Shown in pieces: positions 1-9,462 of a stretch of 50,486 nt of DNA (position 1 is the first letter of the stretch; each line of letters opens with the position of its first letter). The translations under genes were made by a program, and so were the position numbers. Source of the stretch: Syntrophobacterales bacterium (lineage in GTDB: Bacteria > Desulfobacterota > BSN033 > WVXP01 > G020346125); the NCBI GenBank assembly GCA_020346125.1, contig CP070774.1:2006290-2056775 (forward strand), written 5' to 3'. The notes beneath the pieces are model-generated. The model made no database searches and was not told where the DNA came from. It saw nothing but the letters and a program-made list of their open reading frames with translations.

Positions 1-149
1 CCAAAAGAAAAGTTCCCATCTCCCACCAAGTAATCATCATACTTCTCTTTTCCCTTGGAATGGGATTGATAACCAATGCGCTTCGATCACCCCCCCTTCC
101 CTTAATTGGAAAGTGGTTTCAAGGGGCTTTATCGTTAAAAAGGGATTGA
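1..149 (+). pseudogene. Partial or truncated paralogue of the N-terminal membrane segment of the rhodanese gene (5' end outside the window)
   Basis: Frame 3 reads [48 protein letters not shown]; nt 24-112 are identical to 2067-2155. Confidence 0.6.
24..112 (+). repeat. 89-bp exact direct repeat, copy 1 (copy 2 at 2067-2155)
   Basis: Base-by-base identity at offset 2043, with similar but diverging flanks. Confidence 0.9.
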
Positions 150-435
150 GATTCATCCGGGGGCGACAATTGGCCGCCGCTTCTTCATCGATCATGAAAT
201 GAGGGTGGTGATCGGTGAGACGACCGAAATTGGAGACGATTGTTTGATCTATACGGGAAGCGGGGAGAAGGAGAAACGCCATCCTATGCTGGGAAACCGA
301 GTTGTGATCGGTTCCAACAGCACTGTCCTCGGGGCTATTACCAGAGGAGACGGGGCCAAAATTGGTTCGGGATCCGTGAATATATATGGATGTCTCCCCT
401 AGTGCTAGCGTTGTGGGAGTGCCAGGAAGGGTGGC
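142..435 (+). pseudogene. cysE: Serine O-acetyltransferase fragment
   Basis: [55 protein letters not shown], stop at 400-402, then ASVVGVPGRV in another frame; no N-terminus and the QGVTLGG segment is missing. Confidence 0.8.
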
Positions 436-438
436 GGA

Positions 439-696
439 TTCGGATGCGGCGCTGCCAGTACGACGAGCTCCATTATCACCGAAAAGATCAAGGGAAGGGA
501 CATTGAGGAAGCCTTAAGGATTTCAGGTGAAACGGCCAAGGACATATTGAGCCAATCGCCCAAGGATAAGGTTACCTGCTTCACCTTAGCCGCCAATGCA
601 TTGAGGCTGGCCATAGAGGAATACCGCTGCAACAAACAAGAAATCCATGAGAAGGGGGGGATGAGTTCGGAGGATCTGAAAAAAGCCATCTCTTGA
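439..696 (+). pseudogene. iscU: IscU/NifU-N Fe-S scaffold, C-terminal fragment
   Basis: Frame 1 reads FGCGAASTTSSIITEKIKGRDIEEALRIS..KVTCFTLAANALRLAIEEY, resembling FGCGAAIATSS..KMHCSVLAEEAL; no start codon or N-terminal half. Confidence 0.7.
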
Positions 697-778
697 GCTG
701 GAATTTGTTATATAATAGTATTGGTATAGTTTTTGCAAATTAATAGAATCAGAAGTCAGTAACGGAAAGGGAATCTCA

Positions 779-1897
779 ATGAGAAGGATGGTATTGCTGA
801 TCGTTATGTTTGGGCTGTTGGCCCTTTGCCAACCCATGGGAGCGGGTGAATTGACGATCATCTATTCCAATGATACGGGTGGAGTAATTGATCCCTGTCC
901 CACTTGAAGGAACAAGTTTATAGGTGGGCTGGCCCGGCGGGTCACCTTTATAAAGGAGCTCAAAAAAGAAGGAAAAGGGGCCCTCATCCTCGACGCGGGC
1001 AACCTTTTCTTTAAGGGCAAGGGCTCTCCCTCTTCTCCCGATAAGGATAAAGCCATATTGATCGCACGGGCTTATCACCGCATGGGATATCAGGTCGTCA
1101 ATATCGGCTCTGATGACCTTTCGGCCGGAATTGAATTCCTGAGGGAATTACAGAGGGAGATTCATGTACCCCTCATATCTGCCAACCTCCTGGATCAACA
1201 GGATGGAAAGCCGATCTTCAAATCCCATATGGTATTGGATTTAGGTGGGATAAGAGCCGGCGTTTTCGGCCTGACCTCTGATGTTCGCCACAATAAAGGG
1301 GTTACCCCTAAAGGATATGTTATATCCAATCCGATAACGGCGGCGAAGAGGGTTGTGGCCGAACTTGGGAAGGATTGTGATATCATCGTAGCCTTGAGCA
1401 ACCAGGGCTCTCTTAAGGAATATACCAAGCTCGTTCAACAGATGGAGGAGATTCAGTTCATCTTTGGGAGTGGAGGTAGGGGAACCTATCATCAAACCAT
1501 TCGATCCGATAGAAACTGGAAGGCATTTCTCTTTCGGGCTCGTACAAAAGGGAGGTACCTGGGAAGGATCGACTTGAAAGTACTAAAGGGATCCCGTGAT
1601 TTCGTTGACCTCAGCCGCAAGGCCAATATAGAGGGACAAATCAACATGATCGAAAAGCAATTAGATTCCTACCGAAGGGGAACGGGAAGGGCCAAATCCA
1701 TTCCCCGGGATAAGAGGGAGGAGTATATCAAGAAATTGGAGAAATTTATGAATAGGTCCGAGGCCCGATTAAGTAAGTTGGAGAGGGATGCTAGCTTGAA
1801 TAGCACCTTTACTAATACTATCGTTCCCCTCGATAATAAGGTAAAGGAGGATCCCGAGATGATAGAATGGGTAGATCAGTTCAAGAGGGGCCAATGA
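779..1897 (+). CDS. UshA-like (5'-nucleotidase fold) exported probable selenoprotein, 372 aa, Sec encoded by UGA at 905-907 (CPTU motif)
   Basis: ATG 779 with purine-rich RBS is in frame with ORF 1058-1897; signal peptide, then ELTIIYSNDTGGVIDPCPT-UGA-RNKFIGGLARRVTFIKEL..LILDAGNLFF, a continuous UshA N-terminal fold across the single UGA. Confidence 0.85.
918..953 (+). promoter_or_regulatory. Putative bacterial SECIS hairpin
   Basis: TTATAGGTG(918-926)...CACCTTTATAA(943-953) stem with GC-rich apical part, beginning about 11 nt after the UGA; folded by eye only. Confidence 0.55.
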
Positions 1898-2036
1898 ATA
1901 GGCGTGAATGTTACCCCCACGTGGGCTTTATGGAAAGAGCGGACAGCGAAATAATCCTCAAACTATGGGAATATAAGAAACCCATGATTACCTATTTCGG
2001 TTTTTTCAGTGGGATCTTTTCTTCCCTAAACAACTA

Positions 2037-2534
2037 ATGGCTGCAAAAGGGAAAGTTCCAATCTTTCACCAAGTAATCATCATACTTCTCTTTTCCCTTG
2101 GAATGGGATTGATAACCAATGCGCTTCGATCACCCCCCCTTCCCTTAATTGGAAATTGGTTTAAAGGGACTTCGTCATTAAACGTGGGAAGGAATATTTC
2201 CACGGTTTCCATAGAGGAGGCCGTGGTAAAATTTATAACCCAGGATGCCCTTTTTCTCGATGCTCGTTCAAGAGCTGATTACCAATTGGGGCATATAAAA
2301 GGAGCCTTGAATTTACCCGTTCATGATGAGGATTTCGGCGAAAGGCTTCATGAGTTCGTGTTAGAAGTGAATCATGACAGGGAACTAATCGTCTATTGCG
2401 AAGATATCGACCCTACCTTAAGCCCTGAACTTGCCTCCATATTAACAAGCATGGGATACAAGAAGGTTAAAATCCTTGCCAATGGGTGGAGCGAATGGAA
2501 TGTGGCGGCAATGCCTTTCGAAGTGGATAGATAA
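2037..2534 (+). CDS. Membrane-anchored rhodanese-like domain protein
   Basis: N-terminal TM helix; FLDARSRADYQLGHIKGALNLP, IVYC, LANGWSEW rhodanese motifs. Confidence 0.85.
   Translation: MAAKGKVPIFHQVIIILLFSLGMGLITNALRSPPLPLIGNWFKGTSSLNVGRNISTVSIEEAVVKFITQDALFLDARSRADYQLGHIKGALNLPVHDEDFGERLHEFVLEVNHDRELIVYCEDIDPTLSPELASILTSMGYKKVKILANGWSEWNVAAMPFEVDR
2067..2155 (+). repeat. 89-bp exact direct repeat, copy 2
   Basis: Identical to 24-112. Confidence 0.9.
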
Positions 2535-2543
2535 ATAGATAAT

Positions 2544-3029
2544 ATGAAGGGATTGATACGTTCCGTCGTTAACCTTTATACCAGCCCCTATGCTTCCGTC
2601 ATATTCCGCTGGGCCGTGGGCTTGATCTTCATCTATGCCAGCATGGATAAACTACTTCACCCCTCGGCCTTTGCAGTTGCTGTGTATAATTACAAGATCC
2701 TTCCAGGAAGCCTCATTAACCTGGTTGCGATAACGCTCCCCTGGGTGGAGCTGATCTGTGGAATCCTCCTTCTCATCGGTTTGTTTCCCCGAGCAACAGC
2801 CCTTATCCTGAGTATTCTGCTCTTACTCTTCTTCTCCGCTCTCTCGATAAGCCTCTACCGAGGCATCGATATCAGTTGCGGTTGTTTCGCAGTAACTACA
2901 ACTGTGGATAAAATTGGCATCTCCTACATGGTAAGAGACCTTCTTGTCCTGGCGATGAGCGTTCAAATCCTATTCTTCGACGGAAACCTCATGAGCATAG
3001 AACGTCTTCTCCCTACCAGTTACCGTTGA
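2544..3029 (+). CDS. MauE/DoxX family membrane protein
   Basis: Four TM helices; GLIFIYASMDK, LPWVELICG, RGIDISCGCF and RDL motifs. Confidence 0.85.
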   Translation: MKGLIRSVVNLYTSPYASVIFRWAVGLIFIYASMDKLLHPSAFAVAVYNYKILPGSLINLVAITLPWVELICGILLLIGLFPRATALILSILLLLFFSALSISLYRGIDISCGCFAVTTTVDKIGISYMVRDLLVLAMSVQILFFDGNLMSIERLLPTSYR

Positions 3030-3119
3030 TTGATACAAATTTCTTGAATTTTTTAATGTCTGAAGTTAACCTTTCGCCATGGTATCCGACGGATAATGCT
3101 AATCAGTATGGAGTCAAAC

Positions 3120-3911
3120 ATGAAGGATTTTTTTCGAAAATTAGCGGATATTGAAAAAGAGGGAAGACGGGCAGCCCTTGCCATCGTCGTAAGTACCAAA
3201 GGATCAACCCCGAGAAAGGCCGGGACCAAGATGATCATTATGGAGGATGGGAGTACCTTCGGAACCCTGGGAGGTGGCGGTCTGGAGAAAAAAGTTATCG
3301 AGGAATCCCTCGAGGCCCTGAAAGGGGGAGAAGCGAGACTGACATCCTTTAATCTGGATGGAACGAAGGGAAACCTGGACATGATGTGTGGGGGCGAGAT
3401 TGAGATCTACATCGAGCCAATTCACCAACCGGAGAAACTCATCATATTCGGTGCTGGTCATATTACAAAGGCTTTGGCACCTCTGATGCAGTCAGTTGGC
3501 TTTCGGCTAACCGTGGTAGAAGATAACCCGGAAGTGCTGGGAGAAGATCAGCTTGCGGATATGGAAGGGCTCATTTCGGAAAATATGGAGTCTTATGCAG
3601 AAAGGCTTCCCCCTGAAAGCAACACATATATCGTACTTCTTACCAGAGGCTTTTCAACGGACAGGGCCATTCTTGAACACCTCATCGGAAAGGACTTTCG
3701 CTATGTGGGGATGATCGGAAGCCGGAAAAAGATTAGGACCATCAAGGAGGAGTTGATCTCGAAGGGAATTGAAAAGGAGTATTTCTCCAAACTCTACGCT
3801 CCCATAGGCCTTGATATAGGAGCAGAGACGCCTGAGGAGATTGCCCTCAGTATCGCCGCTGAAATCATCTCTGTTAGAAAAGGCAAGTCCATGTATCGAG
3901 GAAAGGGGTAA
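3120..3911 (+). CDS. XdhC/CoxI family molybdoenzyme accessory protein
   Basis: GSTPRKAGTKM, GTLGGG, MMCGG, GAGHI, YVGMIGS, APIGLDIGAETPEEIALSIAAEI; GGAG RBS before ATG 3120. Confidence 0.9.
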   Translation: MKDFFRKLADIEKEGRRAALAIVVSTKGSTPRKAGTKMIIMEDGSTFGTLGGGGLEKKVIEESLEALKGGEARLTSFNLDGTKGNLDMMCGGEIEIYIEPIHQPEKLIIFGAGHITKALAPLMQSVGFRLTVVEDNPEVLGEDQLADMEGLISENMESYAERLPPESNTYIVLLTRGFSTDRAILEHLIGKDFRYVGMIGSRKKIRTIKEELISKGIEKEYFSKLYAPIGLDIGAETPEEIALSIAAEIISVRKGKSMYRGKG

Positions 3912-3921
3912 ATTAAACCTT

Positions 3922-4683
3922 ATGAGTCCGGAAATATTCAAAATTGGCCCCATGAGCATCCGATGGTATGGAGTGCTTATCCTTGCCGGGGTGATCCTCG
4001 GACTTTTCCTCGCGGGACGAGAGGCCAAACGACAGGAGATGCGCATCGAGGTAATCTATGATCTATTCTATTATATGCTTATAAGCGCCATTGTAGGAGC
4101 AAGGCTTTACTATGTCATCTTCTCCTGGGACCTGTACAGAAATAATCTGGGAGGGATCATTGCCTTTTGGCACGGGGGACTCGCAATTCATGGGGCAATT
4201 ATCGGAGGAACTTTTTCAGCGCTGATTTATACCCGCCTGAAGGGGATTTCCTTCTGGAAGGTTGCCGATTGCTGCGCCCCAAGCCTTATCCTCGGCCAGG
4301 CCATTGGGCGCTGGGGTAACTTCTTCAACCAGGAAGCTTATGGAAGGCCGACAGATTTGCCTTGGGGAATTTTCATCGATGAGGCCCACCGACCCTTTCG
4401 ATATATCCAACAGACCCACTTTCACCCTACCTTCCTGTATGAGTCCCTCTGGGATTTTTGCGTATTCCTCTTCTTACTGTGGGGCAGACGGAAAAAGGGC
4501 ATAATCCCGGGCGATGTATTTCTCGCCTATCTCATGCTGTATTCCCTCGGTAGATTCTGGATTGAAGGCCTCAGGATGGATAGCCTGATGTTCGCCGGGT
4601 TTAGAGTCGCCCAGATCGTAAGCCTTTTTCTCATTCTCTGCTCCTCAATAATCTTGATTCAACACCGTAGGGGAAGACAATAA
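3922..4683 (+). CDS. lgt: Prolipoprotein diacylglyceryl transferase
   Basis: IRWYG, GARLYYV, GGLAIHG, GQAIGRWGNFFNQEAYG, HPTFLYES, RFWIEGLR. Confidence 0.95.
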   Translation: MSPEIFKIGPMSIRWYGVLILAGVILGLFLAGREAKRQEMRIEVIYDLFYYMLISAIVGARLYYVIFSWDLYRNNLGGIIAFWHGGLAIHGAIIGGTFSALIYTRLKGISFWKVADCCAPSLILGQAIGRWGNFFNQEAYGRPTDLPWGIFIDEAHRPFRYIQQTHFHPTFLYESLWDFCVFLFLLWGRRKKGIIPGDVFLAYLMLYSLGRFWIEGLRMDSLMFAGFRVAQIVSLFLILCSSIILIQHRRGRQ

Positions 4684-5076
4684 CCTTGCAATCATCACCT
4701 ACATGCTCGAATCGTTTCCAGCATTGCCTTAGCACATAAGACTTTTATATGGAGGAGGAAAAATCGTCCGGATGGATATCCTTTTCCACCATCCTCACTC
4801 TCGGCATGATTTCATCTTTATCTTCGTATTAGATCCTCATCTTCCAAAAATCCTACCTCGAGTATACAGAAGGGAACATCTCATATAAACTCAAGATTCA
4901 GGGCCTGGTGTATCTTAATATCTTAAAATAATACATATTTGTATAGGCCTCTATTGATTGTGGTGGAATTATACAGGAGGCGATCTCGGGGACTCTGGCG
5001 AAAGGTGAATATTCGTTGAGCAGACTCTCTGAAGACTAGATATGAGCAGCCGTAAAGGGTGATTAGATCTCTTAAA

Positions 5077-5105
5077 TTGACTCATAAATTGAAATATATT
5101 ATAGT
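5077..5105 (+). promoter_or_regulatory. Sigma70-type promoter
   Basis: TTGACT-17 nt-TATAGT about 85 nt upstream of the ArnT-like gene. Confidence 0.55.
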
Positions 5106-5189
5106 CTACATCACTTTCCTACCCATTGATGAGTGAGAAAAGCGGGTGAAAATAACTCGAAAGTGTAGACCACCAGTATTAGGGTAAGT

Positions 5190-6851
5190 ATGAGATATCT
5201 ATTATTGAAAATGAGATACCTTGGGTATCATGAGCGAATGGTTATCTTTGTTGTAGGTATTTTGTTACTGCTCCCTTGCATCTGGTCTGAGATGAGCGTT
5301 ACCGGCCAGGATGAATACTTGCTTTCTCTCCGTACGCCCATGGAAACGCTGGAACGCGGCAGTTGGTTTGTGCCATGGGTGAATGGTGAGCCGCGTCTTA
5401 AGAAACCACCTCTGGTTTATTGGGTAATTCTTCTGAGCTACAAGTTGTTCGGAATTAATCTCATTGCCGCAAGACTCGTGGGGGTGCTGTCAGGTGCTGG
5501 GCTTGCTCTGTGCTCTTGTCTTTTATATCGAGAACTTTTTAAGAAAAGTGGCATGCTCGCAGGATTAATCACTTTAGCAACCGTAGCAGTTGCCATTGAG
5601 GGACGCAGGGCTATGCTTGATCTTCCCCTCGCTTTCTTCACATCTATGGCCGTATATTTTGCCCTTAGATGGGGAAAATCGGGGCGCTTGGATTGGATTT
5701 TGTTATCAGCCTTTTCCCTGGGGCTCTCGTTTCTGGTCAAGGGACCTGTAGGATTCATTTTTTTTGGAGCTGCGGCTATTACCGCATTGTTTGTGTTCAG
5801 GAAATGGCGTTTCGCCTTTTCACATTGGTCACAAATAGTGTGGGCGCTCGTTTTACTATTGGCCGTCTGTGCCCCCTGGCCACTAATAATGGCCCATCTT
5901 TGGCCGAACTTCCTTAGCGTTGTCGGTGGGGAAATAGCTGCCAGACGCTTTGGAAACATACGGGTTGGCTCCCCTCTTTCTACTGTGGGCGCAGCGTTAC
6001 TTCTTGTTTTTCCCTGGTCGGTAGTATTGATTGCAGCAGTAGTACGTTCAGTGTACTATGCTCAGCAGACCCCGGCCCGTAAAAATCTCTGGCTTGTGGC
6101 TTGGTTTCTGGGAAGCATAATTCCGTTCTTCTTCATGAAATCATTCGAGCGGTATTTGATGCCGATTATTCCTGCTGCAAGTGTGTTATGTGCTAACTGG
6201 CTTGATGAAGTTGAGGGGATATTGAAAACGAGCCTCTTGCGGATATCCATAACTCTGATTGCATTAGTCGCGGTATTCTTCTGCCTTGCCTTCATATGGT
6301 TTGCTCATGGGCTCCCTATCACATTAATGTGTCTGTTCTTCGTGGGTTTGATGTTTTGGGTCACCTTTGCCAGGGGTGATACACACATGGCCGTTGGCGC
6401 CGTGGCAGTATTACTTGCTTTGATAATGGGAGGTTTATATCCATTCATGGGAATAAATGCTATGCCACGCGATCTCGAGAAGATCGTAGGGCATTCCCCA
6501 GTAGTTGCTTACAATAGCCCACAACCATCCATGCTCTCCATCCGCCTGAAACGAAGCGTCGTTCGAATCCATAAAAAGGATATTCATCTGCTTAAGCACT
6601 TCGACGGTTTTGTTTTTATGAGAGAAATTGATGCTGAAGGATTCGAGGCTCTCGCCAGGGAATTAGATATTCATTACGAGAAGACAGGTCAATTCAAGAC
6701 CTTTTACGCGCGAAAGACATGGGTACGATTTGCCCGTGAGGATGCTACTCTCGATGACTGGAAAAAAGCCATAAAAATGCGATCTATGGAGGATTTGCAG
6801 CCCAGCATCTATTACTATCGCGTGTATCCTAAGATACATCCCGATGAATAG
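5190..6851 (+). CDS. ArnT/PMT-like GT-C membrane glycosyltransferase
   Basis: DE motif, GSWFVPWVNGEPRLKKPPLVYW, AARL, LVKGPVG, RYLMPIIP, many TM helices. Confidence 0.85.
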   Translation: MRYLLLKMRYLGYHERMVIFVVGILLLLPCIWSEMSVTGQDEYLLSLRTPMETLERGSWFVPWVNGEPRLKKPPLVYWVILLSYKLFGINLIAARLVGVLSGAGLALCSCLLYRELFKKSGMLAGLITLATVAVAIEGRRAMLDLPLAFFTSMAVYFALRWGKSGRLDWILLSAFSLGLSFLVKGPVGFIFFGAAAITALFVFRKWRFAFSHWSQIVWALVLLLAVCAPWPLIMAHLWPNFLSVVGGEIAARRFGNIRVGSPLSTVGAALLLVFPWSVVLIAAVVRSVYYAQQTPARKNLWLVAWFLGSIIPFFFMKSFERYLMPIIPAASVLCANWLDEVEGILKTSLLRISITLIALVAVFFCLAFIWFAHGLPITLMCLFFVGLMFWVTFARGDTHMAVGAVAVLLALIMGGLYPFMGINAMPRDLEKIVGHSPVVAYNSPQPSMLSIRLKRSVVRIHKKDIHLLKHFDGFVFMREIDAEGFEALARELDIHYEKTGQFKTFYARKTWVRFAREDATLDDWKKAIKMRSMEDLQPSIYYYRVYPKIHPDE

Positions 6852-7440
6852 ATGGGCTGTCATAATTCTCTCTTTTGCCAGTTTCCCTTTGTATGCTTGG
6901 AAGATGGGGCGTTGGCTTTCCACTGTTAACCAGGAGCCAGTTAAATTTGCCGCTTATTCACCATTCATTCGGGTCGATAATGATCCTCGCACATGACCGT
7001 GGAGTTCATAATCTCTGATTCTGGATTGGGAACGGTCCGTGTGGGTTCAATCTGATTATGTGATGCTAATTTACCATGAATGCTCGGGGAAATTTCCAGA
7101 AATGCTATGCATTCGGGAGGACCAGGCAAATTGGGGGATTATTTTCCGACGGACTAATCTGCATCATCTCTCCGTGCGCAGGAAACGCGTAAAGCATGTG
7201 GTATTTAATGAAAATTGGATCAACCCCCAAGCAAAAACGCCTCAAAATGATTCCGTTCGCCCCCTCGTCTTCTTTCCTATTTTTGCTCGTTATGGTGGCA
7301 TGCGACTCGAAGAAAGGACGCTTGAAAAACATGAGTAGAGTACACCTACCACGACCCGAGCAAGAAGAATCTTTCAGGAGGGCTAGCGGATTTGTAATCC
7401 CGTTAACGAAAATGATTCTCCTTTCCGAACGAGGCAGTCT
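6844..7440 (+). pseudogene. Probable decayed gene between the two glycosyltransferases
   Basis: ATG 6844 overlaps the upstream stop (ATGAATAG) and reads MNRWAVIILSFASFPLYAW before an early stop; only fragmentary ORFs follow. Confidence 0.3.
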
Positions 7441-8397
7441 ATGAGTGCACCTCTATCCCCCGAAATTTCCATAATCGTCCCTATTTACAATGAGGCGCCG
7501 AATCTCCAGTTGCTTATTGAAAGCATTCTGGATGTCATGCGTCCCATGGGACGTCCCTTTGAACTTATTTTGGTCGACGACGGAAGCACCGATGGCGGTC
7601 AGCAGATGCTCCGCGCTATGAAAACCGATATTTCTGAATTGCGCGTTATTTTCCTACGACGCAACTTTGGCCAGAGCGCAGCTATAACTGCCGGCTTTGA
7701 CTATGCGCGAGGTGAGCTCATTATTACAATGGATGGAGACCTTCAGAACGACCCCCGAAATATCCCTCAGATGATTGCCAAATTGGAGGAGGGATATGAT
7801 TTAGTCAGTGGATGGCGCCATAAACGCCAGGACCCTTTCTTCTCAAAACGATTCCCCTCGATGTTAGCTAACTGGCTCATAGGGAAAGTCACGGGGGTTA
7901 AGCTTCACGATTACGGCTGCTCCCTTAAGGTCTATCGAAGCGATGTGGCCAAGGGTCTCCTTCTCTACGGGGAACTGCACCGTTTTATCCCCGTCCTCGC
8001 CAACCTATACGGGGCCAGAATCACCGAGGTGGTGGTAACCCATCACCCCCGAAGAATGGGGAAAAGCAAGTATGGTATCAGCCGCGCATATCGGGTTCTC
8101 ATAGACTTACTTCTAATGTTATTCTTCCAGAATTTTTCCACTCGGCCGCTTCAGTTCTTTGGCCTGAACGGAGGACTCCTCTTCGGCATTGGATTGGTGA
8201 TTGAAATCTATTTGACATGGTTGAAGCTCTGGGGAGGTAAGGATATAGGTGGGCGGCCTCTCCTGCTATTGGGTGCTATATTGATAATCACAGGAATCGT
8301 TCTGGGAGGTTTAGGCCTGTTGGGTGAACTAGTGGTCCGGACCTATTACGAATCCTCTGGAAAACGGGTCTATACCGTGCGTGAGGTTTTGGAGTGA
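7441..8397 (+). CDS. GT2 polyprenol-phosphate glycosyltransferase (ArnC/DPM1-like)
   Basis: SIIVPIYNE, VDDGSTDG, RNFGQSAA, MDGDLQNDP, DYGCSLK, ELHRFIP, two C-terminal TM helices. Confidence 0.9.
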   Translation: MSAPLSPEISIIVPIYNEAPNLQLLIESILDVMRPMGRPFELILVDDGSTDGGQQMLRAMKTDISELRVIFLRRNFGQSAAITAGFDYARGELIITMDGDLQNDPRNIPQMIAKLEEGYDLVSGWRHKRQDPFFSKRFPSMLANWLIGKVTGVKLHDYGCSLKVYRSDVAKGLLLYGELHRFIPVLANLYGARITEVVVTHHPRRMGKSKYGISRAYRVLIDLLLMLFFQNFSTRPLQFFGLNGGLLFGIGLVIEIYLTWLKLWGGKDIGGRPLLLLGAILIITGIVLGGLGLLGELVVRTYYESSGKRVYTVREVLE

Positions 8398-8495
8398 GCA
8401 ACGATGTAAATCGATGGGGAGGATGGCTGATCTGGATTGGCGTCAGTGTGGGGTTTCTTTTGTGACGTTTCTCCTGGTTCGATAGAGAGGGCATC
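8394..8495 (+). pseudogene. Truncated N-terminus of a membrane protein (possibly flippase-like/LPG-synthase TM family)
   Basis: GTGA start/stop overlap; MSNDVNRWGGWLIWIGVSVGFLL*RFSWFD, then the frame is lost. Confidence 0.3.
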
Positions 8496-8599
8496 TTGAG
8501 GTTAAGAAGTTTATACTAAATTACACTCCCCTACAATGAGAACCCCGATATTCAATGGAATTCTCTCCCTCTGCTAACACCTTGTGGGTTACTTCGAAA

Positions 8600-8810
8600 A
8601 CCGAATGACTTGGTGTCCCTCCAGCAGCCCATGCATATCATCATGCCATGCAGCGTAATTCAATGTAACGGTGAATCCAAAAGTTCAGAAACAGGGAGCG
8701 TTTCGTCGTACAATCAGTAAATGCAATATATGGCCGTCGGAGGATGGGGTGACATCCAGTGCACCTGGAGTCGTTCGACAAATAGTGACAATGCACTTAC
8801 AATCGGGTTA
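8600..8810 (-). pseudogene. Possible eroded multiheme c-type cytochrome remnant
   Basis: Minus strand: C..VHCH (8785-8801, frameshifted), CTGCH (8749-8763), AAWH..CMGC (8624-8654, frameshifted). Confidence 0.3.
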
Positions 8811-9066
8811 ACCATAGAAGAGGAAAGTATTAAAGGCTTCCTCATAAATTGACATTGGCTATAATGAGCGGTCCCTTTGGCACATCGACATCAAGGGTAT
8901 CTTCTTAATTTTCAATAATTTAGCTCACCATAACCTAAAATTTTGCGAAACTCCACAAATGCAAATGCTATTGACTTTTTGCAAACATTTATACTATATT
9001 TCAATTTCCATAATTCTCTTTTTACGTCAATAGATTCAATAAGGGCCTGATTATCAGGGGGCTTTA

Positions 9067-9432
9067 ATGGATGAAGATAAGCGTTTGTACTTTAAAAGTC
9101 TTTTAGTAGAGAGATTAAACGCCTTATTAGAGGGAGCAGAGAAAACCGTCACCGGCATGTCCAATGATTACAAAGAGGAACTTCTAGACCCAACCGACAG
9201 GGCATCCCTTGAATCGGATCGCAATTTCACCCTTAGAATACGCGACAGAGAGAGAAGACTCATTCAAAAGTTAAACGAAGCCCTGGAAAGGATCGAAGAG
9301 GGTACCTTCGGCATCTGTGAGATGTGCGGCAAGAAGATCTCGGAAAAGAGGCTTATGGCAAGGCCCGTAACCACCTTGTGTATCGAGTGTAAAACCGAGC
9401 AGGAAAAAAGGGAGAAGATGAGGGGCGAATGA
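9067..9432 (+). CDS. dksA: RNA polymerase-binding protein DksA
   Basis: DPTDRASLESDRNFTLRIRDRERRLI coiled-coil tip; CEMC..CIEC zinc finger. Confidence 0.92.
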   Translation: MDEDKRLYFKSLLVERLNALLEGAEKTVTGMSNDYKEELLDPTDRASLESDRNFTLRIRDRERRLIQKLNEALERIEEGTFGICEMCGKKISEKRLMARPVTTLCIECKTEQEKREKMRGE

Positions 9433-9462
9433 AATCGCTCCCTTATTGGACTACAAAAAGAA

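Noticed and set aside
779-850. Selenoprotein as a lipoprotein (LALC, lgt nearby)
   Set aside because: Leu at -1 does not fit the lipobox; signal peptidase I cleavage near MGA-GE is more plausible
1058-1897. ORF-track start at TTG 1058
   Set aside because: It omits the signal peptide and the first UshA motifs; the upstream frame is open to ATG 779 except for one UGA
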